A stretch of DNA of 64,000 bases from Deltaproteobacteria bacterium CG11_big_fil_rev_8_21_14_0_20_45_16. GTDB taxonomy: Bacteria; Bdellovibrionota; UBA2394. This document shows, piece by piece, positions 19,091 through 26,844 of the stretch. A program made the position numbers and the translations under genes. The stretch is taken from positions 1,828-65,827 of the forward strand of contig PCXB01000072.1 of NCBI GenBank assembly GCA_002787535.1. The letters run 5' to 3'. Below the pieces are notes generated by a model. The model did no database searches and was not told where the DNA came from. It saw only the letters and a list, made by a program, of their open reading frames with translations. Every line of letters begins with the position of its first letter. The first letter of the stretch is position 1.

Positions 19091-19115
19091 CTGGGGAGAG
19101 CACTCCTCTCCCCAG
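19091..19115. terminator. Bidirectional intrinsic-terminator-like hairpin
   Basis: CTGGGGAGAG-cactc-CTCTCCCCAG, a 10-bp perfect stem. Lies between convergent 16997..19048 (+) and 19129..19299 (-). Followed by TTTGTAT on the + side. Confidence 0.7.
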
Positions 19116-19128
19116 TTTGTATAGCGAT

Positions 19129-19299
19129 TTATTCGTGCCAAACGCCGCCGTCTTTTTCGCAAGTGGCTTTGTCTTTGGCAGTTGATATTTCAGTTTTACC
19201 ATCCTTTGACATGCATTTGCCGTGATCTTCTGCGAATGCAGTCGAGGCAACTAGCAAAGATAGGGACGCCAAAAGTGATAAAGATGTGAAGATTTTCAT
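19129..19299 (-). CDS. Small secreted protein (56 aa, below the ORF-track cutoff)
   Basis: Hand-translated: MKIFTSLSLLASLSLLVASTAFAEDHGKCMSKDGKTEISTAKDKATCEKDGGVWHE. Clear signal peptide, AAGGA RBS, terminator hairpin just downstream. Confidence 0.55.
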   Translation of the reverse strand: MKIFTSLSLLASLSLLVASTAFAEDHGKCMSKDGKTEISTAKDKATCEKDGGVWHE

Positions 19300-19360
19300 T
19301 TTTTCCTTTTTTCATTAATGATCGGGCGATGGGCTTAACCTTTAAGACTCCACTTCCCGG

Positions 19361-19480
19361 TCAAAATTTTTTCTTTCTCGATTCTTTTCTTGCCGCCCAC
19401 CATCCAAGTATTCGTAGCAGGACGATCATCATTGGAAAGGAAAGGACAACTACAGCTGTAAACTGCCAACTCTCCTTCAT
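19361..19480 (-). CDS. Possible 39-aa single-TM peptide
   Basis: Hand-translated: MKESWQFTAVVVLSFPMMIVLLRILGWWAARKESRKKKF. GAGGAG RBS 7 nt upstream. Too short to judge otherwise. Confidence 0.3.
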   Translation of the reverse strand: MKESWQFTAVVVLSFPMMIVLLRILGWWAARKESRKKKF

Positions 19481-19524
19481 GAGTTATCTCCTCAAATATA
19501 AAATAGAGAGGAATAGTCAGTATT

Positions 19525-19851
19525 TTATTGGCTTATATAAAAAGAACGGGAGGGGCGCGGCTTCCCAAGGGCCTTGCCGTTGAAACGCGCAAATTTACAA
19601 TCGAGCAATTCACCCGCAATAGAGAATTTGCAAGGACAATTGGAATGGCGATCTTTTTGAACTAGGTTCGAAAGATTATTCTTAAATTCCAATTTAGCCG
19701 TTTCATTTTTGCTTGGCCTTAAACAAAGATTATTGTCAGAAGTAGTGACGGATACATAGAAGGAGTCGTCTTTCTCGGAGGCGGCTGACGAAAGATTCTG
19801 AAACCCTGTAAAGAGCTGAAATAAAGCAAAGACTATGAAAACTTGTCTCAA
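19525..19851 (-). CDS. Small secreted Cys-containing protein
   Basis: 108 aa. Signal peptide MRQVFIVFALFQLFTGFQNLSSAAS. 4 Cys in the mature part. Confidence 0.55.
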   Translation of the reverse strand: MRQVFIVFALFQLFTGFQNLSSAASEKDDSFYVSVTTSDNNLCLRPSKNETAKLEFKNNLSNLVQKDRHSNCPCKFSIAGELLDCKFARFNGKALGKPRPSRSFYISQ

Positions 19852-19914
19852 CCGATTAAAAGGTATCTGGAGTCCTTAGGTTCGTCATCTAGTTAATTTA
19901 AATTTACTAGAGTC

Positions 19915-19938
19915 CTCCACTTCCGAAAGGAAGTGGAG
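19915..19938 (-). terminator. Hairpin overlapping the tRNA-Gly 3' end
   Basis: Minus strand CTCCACTTCC-TTTC-GGAAGTGGAG, a 10-bp stem. The 5' arm starts in the encoded CCA end of the tRNA. No clean U-run follows. Confidence 0.5.
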
Positions 19939-20008
19939 CGGGAGAAGGGGTTCGAACCCTCGACCTTTTGCTTGGCAAGCAAACGCACTACCACTGTGCT
20001 ACTCCCGC
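19934..20008 (-). tRNA. tRNA-Gly (anticodon GCC), CCA encoded
   Basis: 75 nt on the minus strand: GCGGGAGTAGCACAGTGGTAGTGCGTTTGCTTGCCAAGCAAAAGGTCGAGGGTTCGAACCCCTTCTCCCGCTCCA. Acceptor stem GCGGGAG/CTCCCGC. D stem GCAC/GTGC. Anticodon stem TTTGC/GCAAA with loop TTGCCAA. T loop TTCGAAC. Confidence 0.93.
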
Positions 20009-20133
20009 CTCTGGTTGGGCACCTATTTTTCTAAGCAACACGGACTATAGACGTTTCTATAATCATTTTTGCTCTCGGAAGCTGCGCCCTGCTCGCTTCC
20101 TCGTTCGTTCGGGTACTCACTCAGCTCAAAAAA

Positions 20134-20150
20134 GTGTGCTACTCCCGCGC
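20134..20150 (-). repeat. Partial copy of the tRNA-Gly 5' end (acceptor 5' strand plus start of D arm)
   Basis: Minus strand GCGCGGGAGTAGCACAC. It shares GCGGGAGTAGCACA (14 nt) with the genuine tRNA 5' end. No T arm or anticodon arm follows. Confidence 0.8.
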
Positions 20151-20203
20151 TTGAATCGAAGCTCTTCACTTCGTTATGTCTGTGCGAGGTACCCCCCTCC
20201 TGC

Positions 20204-20230
20204 CTTCAAATCTCCAGTGGAGATTTGAAG
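20204..20230. repeat. Perfect 12-bp stem / 3-nt loop hairpin
   Basis: CTTCAAATCTCC-agt-GGAGATTTGAAG. Lies between the two tRNA-fragment copies. No U-run on either strand. Confidence 0.9.
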
Positions 20231-20239
20231 TGCCGTCGA

Positions 20240-20256
20240 GTGTGCTACTCCCACAC
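20240..20256 (-). repeat. Second partial copy of the tRNA-Gly 5' end
   Basis: Minus strand GTGTGGGAGTAGCACAC. It shares GGGAGTAGCACA (12 nt) with the tRNA and 13 nt with the 20134 copy. Confidence 0.8.
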
Positions 20257-20323
20257 TAACTTCAAACTAAAGCGAAATTGCTTTTGATTGTCTAGGCCGA
20301 TTTGGGGTGCAAAAGGCTGAGAG

Positions 20324-20875
20324 CTAGGCTTCTAGTTCTCGGAATATGGGTGCAAGGCCATTAATAGTGGAAGCTAGCCTGGCTGTGTCATGCACTTGCT
20401 CTTCAGAACCGCCATGCTCAAGAACTGACTTTTCGTGACCCTGGACGCAGCTTTCGCAGCCATTGATTACGGAGACGGCAAGACTGATTAATTCGGTGGC
20501 GTGCTTACCGATTTGATTTCGGGTCAAAACGCTCATTCGAAATCCAGCAGGTTTTAGATAAGCCTCTTTTTCAACAAAATGTCTAAACCGATAGTAGTTG
20601 TTAGCCACGTTCATTGCCGCAGCAATGTCTAGAGCCTCTGAAATTTCTTCATCTTTAGCATCACTTTTCTTTAGCTCAGCAACCGCAAAGTCTTTAATGG
20701 GCTGGCAGTTGGTGATGGCGGCACAACCCAGCGCGACAAGGGCTGCATCCTTTGGACTTAAGGAGCCATCGGCAAAAAACTTTTTAAAGTTAAGCTTCAT
20801 ATCAGTATGGGCTTGTCTTTCAAATTTTTGGAATACTTGATCAAGTTCCATAAAACGATCTCCTTGGTTGATCAC
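20324..20875 (-). CDS. ahpD: AhpD-like alkylhydroperoxidase (carboxymuconolactone decarboxylase family)
   Basis: 183 aa. CxxC active site in INGCESCVQGHEK. Immediately downstream of ahpC. Confidence 0.8.
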   Translation of the reverse strand: MINQGDRFMELDQVFQKFERQAHTDMKLNFKKFFADGSLSPKDAALVALGCAAITNCQPIKDFAVAELKKSDAKDEEISEALDIAAAMNVANNYYRFRHFVEKEAYLKPAGFRMSVLTRNQIGKHATELISLAVSVINGCESCVQGHEKSVLEHGGSEEQVHDTARLASTINGLAPIFRELEA

Positions 20876-20920
20876 GAAGCAGGAGGGGGTTGGTCCTCCT
20901 GCTTCGGATCGGTTTTGCGA

Positions 20921-21517
20921 TTAAGCAACTTTAACGGTTTCTTTTCCTTTTTCCCAACAGCTGGGGCAAAGTTCGCCGGTTTGAAGGGCATCGAGGACGC
21001 GTAAAATCTCTTTTGTATTTCGACCTACGGACAAGTCACAAATATCAACATAGCGAATGATATTGTCTGGATCGATTACAAAAGTGGCTCGCAAAGGTGC
21101 CCCCGCTTGTTTGTGTAAAATTCCAAGCGCCGTAGACAATTCCTTTTTGTAATCCGCTAACATTGGAAACTGAAGGTTTTTCAAATCAGGATGATTTTTT
21201 CTCCAGGCTAAATGAACATGCTCGGAATCACAGCTCGCGCCTAGCAGAACAGCTCCTCGATCCTTGAAATCTCCAAAGTGTTTATTGAAGTCCGTAATCT
21301 CAGTTGGACAGACAAAGGTAAAGTCGAGGGGCCAGAAGAAAACTACTCGCCATTTGCCTTTTGAGTCCGAAAGAGCGACGTCTTTAAAATTATCAAAGTA
21401 AGATTTGTCTATGCTGACACAGGCCTTGAGTTTGAAATCAGGGAAGGTGTCGCCGACGGTTAGCGTACCTTGTCGGGTAGGTGTTTCAGTTGTATTTGTT
21501 GTCGTCATAAGATGCAT
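20921..21517 (-). CDS. ahpC: Peroxiredoxin (typical 2-Cys, AhpC/Prx1 type)
   Basis: 198 aa. Peroxidatic Cys motif DFTFVCPTEI. C-terminal resolving Cys region GELCPSCW. Confidence 0.93.
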   Translation of the reverse strand: MHLMTTTNTTETPTRQGTLTVGDTFPDFKLKACVSIDKSYFDNFKDVALSDSKGKWRVVFFWPLDFTFVCPTEITDFNKHFGDFKDRGAVLLGASCDSEHVHLAWRKNHPDLKNLQFPMLADYKKELSTALGILHKQAGAPLRATFVIDPDNIIRYVDICDLSVGRNTKEILRVLDALQTGELCPSCWEKGKETVKVA

Positions 21518-21542
21518 TCTCCTTCTTTATAATGATTCGCGT

Positions 21543-21959
21543 TTATGATTTCTTTTTCTTACGACCCCTAACGACGACTTCGATATCTTTGATGTCAAAC
21601 TCGTCATGGAGTCGATTAAAATTCGGACTAACTTTTAAGACACTAGGGTCTAAATCCAATAATTGGCCACTCTCTTCATCATAAAAATGGAAATGGGGTC
21701 GCGTATTACAATCATAACGATGCTTATGAGTAATGGGGTCCTGAATCACTCTCAATAGACCCTTCTCAACGAAAAGATTGAGTGTGTTATAGATGGTCGC
21801 GGTTGATACGCTTGGCGTTTTCCGCTCCACTTCCTCTTTGACCTCTTCGGCACTGGGGTGATCCATCGTATTAAAAACATAATCCGCTACTGCCAATCGA
21901 GGAGCGGAGGGCTGAATGCCTTTGGCGCTAAGGTATTCTTTGATTTCTCGAATATCCAT
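21543..21959 (-). CDS. Fur-family transcriptional regulator (PerR-like by context)
   Basis: 138 aa. Winged-helix part HPSAEEV...STATIYNTLNLFVEKGLL. His-rich metal region HKHRYDCNTRPHFHFY. No CxxC pairs. Heads the ahpC-ahpD run. Confidence 0.8.
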   Translation of the reverse strand: MDIREIKEYLSAKGIQPSAPRLAVADYVFNTMDHPSAEEVKEEVERKTPSVSTATIYNTLNLFVEKGLLRVIQDPITHKHRYDCNTRPHFHFYDEESGQLLDLDPSVLKVSPNFNRLHDEFDIKDIEVVVRGRKKKKS

Positions 21960-22000
21960 TTAATAATTAGATCATATATTGTTTTAAAATACAATTATAT

Positions 22001-22015
22001 TTAGAACAATTCTAA
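22001..22015. promoter_or_regulatory. Candidate Fur/PerR-type box upstream of the Fur-family gene
   Basis: TTAGAAcaaTTCTAA, an AT-rich 15-nt palindrome (7-1-7 arrangement, 6 of 7 positions matching). 42 nt upstream of the ATG at 21959, in an AT-rich intergenic region. Confidence 0.4.
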
Positions 22016-22066
22016 TAATCAGCTTAACAAATTGATTTTAATGGTAATTGTAAAGACAGGTTAAGA

Positions 22067-23125
22067 CTAGGCCTGTTCGGAAAGGAGGCGTCTATAAGCC
22101 TTTTCTACTTCTTCCTTCTGGGGGACGCTGTTGAATTCTAGGCCAGGGTTAAGGCCAATACCCGGAATAGCCTTACCGCATAGAAGTTTGGGGGCTACGG
22201 CAAGCTCGTAAAACATTTCATCAACGCAGCGCCGTATAAGATGCTCTCCAAAGTTTGAGATCTCAGTCTCTTCGTTTACAAACAGGATTCGGCCAGTCTT
22301 TCGAATAGAATCCTTAACGGCCTGCCAATCGTAGGGGATCAGACTTCGAAGATCGATAACCTCAATATCTGCCTCACCTGCATTAGCAAGTTCTTCAGCC
22401 ACCTGCAAACAAATGGGCGCCATTCGTCCATGAGTGACAACTGTCATTTGGCTACCTTCTCGAGCAATCTTTGCTTTGCCGATAGGGACAATGAATTCCT
22501 CGAGACTCGGCCATTTGGGTTTCCACTTGGAACGATCTCCGATAGGCGCATCGATCATCTCTTTAAGCGCGCGCTCATCTTCAGGCTCTCCCGGAATAAG
22601 CTCTTTACCCTTCGCTCGCAAGAGAGCCTTGGGTTTCAAAAATAAGACAGGATTGTCGTCTTTAATAGCCGCCAACATTAAACCGTAAGCATCTATTGGC
22701 GTAGAAGGGCAAACAACCTTCATTCCATGAATCTTGGAGGCGATACTATCAAAAGAATGTGAGTGATAGATGGATCCATGAATTCCCGAACCGGTTGGTG
22801 TCATAATAACCAGTGGGCAAGGAAACTTTCCACCCGAACACCACAAACTGTTTCCCGCAAGTTTTAATAAATCGATGGTATTAAAAATATAGTCAACAAA
22901 TTGAATTTCAGCGACTGGCCGAGATCCTGCCCAGGCCAATCCAATCGCAGCGCCAACGATTCCGCGCTCATCAAGGGGAGCATTCCACGCGGTTTTTAAT
23001 CCTTGAGTAACGGTAAACACGCCGCCCAAGGGTGCTCCGACATCTTCGCCAAAAATTTCCTGAACGCCTAAATTCTCTTCACCATAATGAAGGGCCATTC
23101 GGATGGCTTGAGCCATATTTGCCAT
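22067..23125 (-). CDS. 2-oxoacid (pyruvate / branched-chain / acetoin) dehydrogenase E1 beta subunit
   Basis: 352 aa. Transketolase-like pyrimidine-binding and C-terminal domains (FGEDVGAPLGGVF, EIQFVDYI, GSIYHSHS). Confidence 0.9.
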   Translation of the reverse strand: MANMAQAIRMALHYGEENLGVQEIFGEDVGAPLGGVFTVTQGLKTAWNAPLDERGIVGAAIGLAWAGSRPVAEIQFVDYIFNTIDLLKLAGNSLWCSGGKFPCPLVIMTPTGSGIHGSIYHSHSFDSIASKIHGMKVVCPSTPIDAYGLMLAAIKDDNPVLFLKPKALLRAKGKELIPGEPEDERALKEMIDAPIGDRSKWKPKWPSLEEFIVPIGKAKIAREGSQMTVVTHGRMAPICLQVAEELANAGEADIEVIDLRSLIPYDWQAVKDSIRKTGRILFVNEETEISNFGEHLIRRCVDEMFYELAVAPKLLCGKAIPGIGLNPGLEFNSVPQKEEVEKAYRRLLSEQA

Positions 23126-23127
23126 GT

Positions 23128-24174
23128 TTAGCTTCCACCCTTCTTGGGATAATCATCATCAATTCCCTCAGTGAAAACTCCATTCCAGATATCTTCTGGA
23201 TCAGGATAGGGCTCGGTCTTCACTTGAGAGTAGGCGGTATCACAAATTTCTCGGCACTCGGTCCAAATTTTCTTAGCTTCTTCTGGGGTCATCATTTTGC
23301 GCTGAAACAAATTGTCTTCGAAGAGACTGATGCAATCCGGTTCATCAACTCGATTGGCCCCAGAAGATGATGAATGTCCATGAAGGCGAGAGCAGCGGGC
23401 TTCCAAAAGATAAGGCTTACGCTCCTTCCGAATATATCGCATCGCTTCTTCTATTGCTAAATAACTTTCGACTGGATCATTTCCATTAATCGTCTTACCT
23501 GGCATGCCTTCAAAAGCCTTTGCCCAATTTGAAATATCACCCTCCCCGTGCTGCTGTTCAAAAGGCGTAGAGATTCCAAATCTATTGTTAACGACAATAA
23601 TTAAAATCGGTAGTGGATTGGCGGGGCGATTGGACCATACGAGACAGGAGTGAAAGTCTCCCTCGGCACTTCCTGCATCACCGCCGTTTACAATACTAAT
23701 GCCATCGCCCCCGTGTCTCTTTTGGGCAATGGCGCTTCCAATGCAGGTCGAATACTGAGTCTCAATAGTTGGCGAGACCGGCATAATGTTCCATTCAGGA
23801 ATGGCATAATGATTGACGAAATTTCGGCCCCGAGAATAGGGGTCTGTCATTACAGTCCGCATCTGACGAATACTATCGATAACTTGTGCTCCCATTGCCA
23901 GCGCGATGCCACTGCTTCGGTAGTGAAGGTGGAGATAGTCATGGTCTAAGCCCTGACCTTTCTTGACCAAAAACCCAAGAGGCACGCTAAAAGCTTCTTC
24001 GCCAGGGCCACCAATCCAAAAAAAGCCCTCACCACCTTTGCTCATTTTAATAAGACGCTCTTCTAATAAGCGATCTAAGACCATCGTTCGATGAATCTTC
24101 TTGAGGGTCTCAGGGCTGAGACTTTCATAAGGGTCTTTGCCTGTTTGTCTGAAGCTCTTCACCTTCGTCGCCAT
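23128..24174 (-). CDS. 2-oxoacid dehydrogenase E1 alpha subunit (TPP-dependent)
   Basis: 348 aa. TPP motif GDGISIVNGGDAGSAEGDF...LPILIIVVNNRFGIS. 2 nt upstream of the beta subunit. Confidence 0.9.
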   Translation of the reverse strand: MATKVKSFRQTGKDPYESLSPETLKKIHRTMVLDRLLEERLIKMSKGGEGFFWIGGPGEEAFSVPLGFLVKKGQGLDHDYLHLHYRSSGIALAMGAQVIDSIRQMRTVMTDPYSRGRNFVNHYAIPEWNIMPVSPTIETQYSTCIGSAIAQKRHGGDGISIVNGGDAGSAEGDFHSCLVWSNRPANPLPILIIVVNNRFGISTPFEQQHGEGDISNWAKAFEGMPGKTINGNDPVESYLAIEEAMRYIRKERKPYLLEARCSRLHGHSSSSGANRVDEPDCISLFEDNLFQRKMMTPEEAKKIWTECREICDTAYSQVKTEPYPDPEDIWNGVFTEGIDDDYPKKGGS

Positions 24175-24234
24175 AACTTTCTAAAGAATTATTCGGAAAA
24201 CAATTGCCTGTCCAATTCTTAAGTATACGAAATT

Positions 24235-24252
24235 TCTGTGATAAATCACAGA
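24235..24252. promoter_or_regulatory. Candidate operator palindrome upstream of the E1 alpha gene
   Basis: TCTGTGAT-AA-ATCACAGA, perfect 8-bp arms. About 60-80 nt upstream of the ATG at 24174. Confidence 0.3.
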
Positions 24253-24275
24253 CCGTCAAAATTCCGCACCGAGGA

Positions 24276-24851
24276 CTAGGCGGGAAGACCCTTAATAAAT
24301 TTAAATACATAGCCTATCGCGGACCATAGGGCGGCAACGACCGATACGCCCAATAAAAATTGGCCGAATGCAACAAAGGATGAAAATCCAGTTAAAAGTA
24401 AGCTGATTGAAACGAATTGAATCCACGTCTTTATTTTGCCGCCCTTATCAGCTGCCACAACGATGCCGGCAGTTGATGCTATGGCTCGCAATCCGGTGAT
24501 GGCAATCTCTCGGCCCACCGTAACGATGACCAAAATGGGAGCAATAAGATCAGTTTGATAACCCTGAATTTTGACCTCGAGACGTCCGAGCCATAGAAGC
24601 ATGATCATGGTCGATAAAATAATGAGCTTGTCGGCTAAAGGGTCGAGAAGCATTCCAAGCTTGGATTCATAATTATAACGTCGCGCAACCCAACCATCGA
24701 TATAGTCCGAAAGCCCAACCAATAAAAAAGTAATTAGGGCGGAGATATTCCATTCAAAATATAGAAAGCCAACAATGATGGGTACGCCGATTACTCGGCT
24801 AACACTCAAAATGTTGGGTATGAGGTAAAAATCTCTTTGGCGGATATTCAT
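24276..24851 (-). CDS. pgsA: CDP-diacylglycerol--glycerol-3-phosphate 3-phosphatidyltransferase
   Basis: 191 aa, multi-TM. CDP-alcohol phosphatidyltransferase motif DYIDGWVARRYNYESKLGMLLDPLADK. Confidence 0.9.
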   Translation of the reverse strand: MNIRQRDFYLIPNILSVSRVIGVPIIVGFLYFEWNISALITFLLVGLSDYIDGWVARRYNYESKLGMLLDPLADKLIILSTMIMLLWLGRLEVKIQGYQTDLIAPILVIVTVGREIAITGLRAIASTAGIVVAADKGGKIKTWIQFVSISLLLTGFSSFVAFGQFLLGVSVVAALWSAIGYVFKFIKGLPA

Positions 24852-25510
24852 GGTTCGGTCGACTCAGCCTGAGCCACGTGCTCGGGGTTGTCAAACTTGA
24901 ACTCCAATTGGCCGCGAGGGCCGGCAATATAAAGCGAAAGCGATCTAGCTTTCCGCATTCTATATTTGGGGAATAAGAATCTATAAGTTTCGTTGAAACG
25001 ATTCATTCGTTGATAAAAATAGCGGGCTCGCTCATCTCGGTAGCTAAGCTTTTGCACATGCTCCGCACCAACTCGAATATTCTGATTTTCATCTTCCAGG
25101 GTAACTCTCCAAATACTTTTGGAACTATCGAGATCATTCCACTTCAATTCGCGGGTCGTGGCCGAAACAATAAAAACAAAATATTTCTCGTCCTCGATTT
25201 GTTCGGTATGGGCAAGAGCCTTGACCTCGTCTTCAGGTAGGCGGTATTGGTTCGCCGCCTCATCCACATAGGCCTTCCTTAGCTCCTTGGTCCAAAATGT
25301 TACATCTACCAAAAGAGTAAGATCAAAATCGCTTTGCGTCCGTTTGGTCTGCGTCCATTTGTCAAAAGTCTGCCCATAATTATTTTCTTCCACGATAGCA
25401 TCAAAAAAATGCCGAGACTTGGGCGAATGTGATACATCTTTAACCGGCGTGCAAGCTGCCATCGCTAGAAGGCCACTTAAAATTAAAAGAAATAGATAAC
25501 GAGTTTTCAT
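24848..25510 (-). CDS. Lipoprotein, unknown function
   Basis: 220 aa. Lipobox LLAMAAC. 4-nt overlaps with both neighbours. Confidence 0.7.
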   Translation of the reverse strand: MKTRYLFLLILSGLLAMAACTPVKDVSHSPKSRHFFDAIVEENNYGQTFDKWTQTKRTQSDFDLTLLVDVTFWTKELRKAYVDEAANQYRLPEDEVKALAHTEQIEDEKYFVFIVSATTRELKWNDLDSSKSIWRVTLEDENQNIRVGAEHVQKLSYRDERARYFYQRMNRFNETYRFLFPKYRMRKARSLSLYIAGPRGQLEFKFDNPEHVAQAESTEP

Positions 25511-26055
25511 TCGGTGATTCCAAAATCCTTTTTTGTAAACAGTGAAGCCAATTTGACCCCCTCGTTTGTAAGTGTTTCGCTACCGCCCTCTTGTCGATCG
25601 ACGATAGCGGCGACGCCCAAAACAATCCATCCATGCTCTCTTACTTTTTGAATGGCTTCAATACTTGATTTTCCTGTTGTGACCACATCCTCCAAAATTA
25701 CTACGGGGGCGCCTTTGGGGACCCAGTCGGCTCCTTCGATCATTCGGGACAGGCCGTGAGCCTTAGCGTCTTTTCGTACAATGAACGCAAATAGGGGATG
25801 TTTCTCGATCCAAGAGTTAAGGCTAACAGCAGTCGCTAGAGGGTCCGCCCCAAGGGTTAAACCTCCACAAGCTTTGGCTTCGGCGAACTGCTCTTGGATC
25901 AGAGCATATAACTCTTTTCCGATAAGATATGCACCTTCTGGATGAAGGCTAACTCGTTTGACATCAATATAGAAATTACTGGTTTTGCCGGACGCGAGCT
26001 TAACGCTCTTTTTTTCGAAAGCTCTTTCTTTAAGTAATTCAAGAAGGCGACTCAT
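25507..26055 (-). CDS. pyrE: Orotate phosphoribosyltransferase
   Basis: 182 aa. PRPP-binding loop VVILEDVVTTGKS. Type I PRTase layout. Confidence 0.92.
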   Translation of the reverse strand: MSRLLELLKERAFEKKSVKLASGKTSNFYIDVKRVSLHPEGAYLIGKELYALIQEQFAEAKACGGLTLGADPLATAVSLNSWIEKHPLFAFIVRKDAKAHGLSRMIEGADWVPKGAPVVILEDVVTTGKSSIEAIQKVREHGWIVLGVAAIVDRQEGGSETLTNEGVKLASLFTKKDFGITE

Positions 26056-26363
26056 TTGAAAAGCTCCCGTAGTTTAGCAAACAAAAGGAGATCTCCTTTA
26101 ATCTTAATTTTACCAAATGTGAGTGCCAAAGGGATATTTAGACTTCCACTCACTAGTTTCTCAAAATCAGCCTTCGATATTTGGATACTACAATCGGCAT
26201 TATCTAAGGCTGCGCAATAAATCTTTCTCTCTTTGGCCAGATTCAAGGAGAAGAACTCACCGCCGATATTTAGTTGATATGAGGCAGAAGTGTTGGCAAG
26301 AGCTTCGGGATGCGAGGCCAACTTCTGGTTCAAATCAATCTCAAAAAATTTTTTAAGCTCCAT
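26052..26363 (-). CDS. SCP2 sterol-carrier-like domain protein
   Basis: 103 aa. SCP2-like C-terminal pattern GSLNIPLALTFGKIKIKGDLLLFAKL. Confidence 0.7.
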   Translation of the reverse strand: MELKKFFEIDLNQKLASHPEALANTSASYQLNIGGEFFSLNLAKERKIYCAALDNADCSIQISKADFEKLVSGSLNIPLALTFGKIKIKGDLLLFAKLRELFK

Positions 26364-26364
26364 G

Positions 26365-26838
26365 TCAATCCACCGAAATCTGTCGACGGGCGAGGGCTTT
26401 TGGTGGGCCCAAAATTATTCGTGTCACCATATCTCGACCTAAATGCTTTGGCGTCAGCCAAGCCACCTCGGCTTGATCCTTTGGATCCATTTTGCTTAAT
26501 GCAGCGTTATGATTCCGCTGATCCATGAGGCGATTTAAGTGAGACAATTTCTTTTTCAGCTTTTCATTCTGCTTTTCCAGCTCAGCAATTTTATCGTGGT
26601 ACCAGTCAAGATCCTCATCATGCGCCAGCGTTGGTTCTTCAGTTTGAGCGGGCTGCTCAAAGATGATAGATTTAAACAAGTCTTCCCTCGGAGTCTTGCG
26701 CTCTCGACTGAGAGCGGCCTCCATCTCTCGCTTTTTTTGCGCCTTACGTTTGCTACTCTGCAGAATACTTATCACCCAAATCGCGACAATGAGCAGACTA
26801 AACCAGCCAGGTGCCGCCATATCAAAACCGAATCCCAT
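26365..26838 (-). CDS. Single-TM coiled-coil protein, unknown function
   Basis: 157 aa. N-terminal TM WFSLLIVAIWVISIL. Coiled coil KIAELEKQNEKLKKKLSHL. Directly downstream of floA. Confidence 0.6.
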   Translation of the reverse strand: MGFGFDMAAPGWFSLLIVAIWVISILQSSKRKAQKKREMEAALSRERKTPREDLFKSIIFEQPAQTEEPTLAHDEDLDWYHDKIAELEKQNEKLKKKLSHLNRLMDQRNHNAALSKMDPKDQAEVAWLTPKHLGRDMVTRIILGPPKALARRQISVD

Positions 26839-26844
26839 TACTCG

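Noticed and set aside
19329-19583. 84-aa ORF on the + strand.
   Set aside because: It has no RBS. It is antisense to two minus-strand small ORFs that do have RBSs, and its composition is not protein-like.
20180-20260. A possible tRNA-Sec. The minus strand shows CTTCAAA, which could be read as an anticodon loop with UCA.
   Set aside because: The flanking bases do not form an anticodon stem. The sequence is instead one arm of the perfect 12-bp hairpin, and no T arm or long variable arm is present.
19968-20287. ORFs 19968..20228 (+) and 20069..20287 (+).
   Set aside because: They overlap the tRNA gene and the repeat/hairpin region, and have no RBS and poor composition.
19934-20323. An integrated element using tRNA-Gly as its attachment site.
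   Set aside because: The duplicated segments are from the tRNA 5' end, not the 3' end. They are only 12-14 nt long, enclose only ~250 nt and are accompanied by no integrase gene.
24237-24250. A CRP/FNR-type site (TGTGA...TCACA).
   Set aside because: The spacer is 4 nt rather than the 6 nt of the CRP consensus, so I list it only as a generic palindrome.
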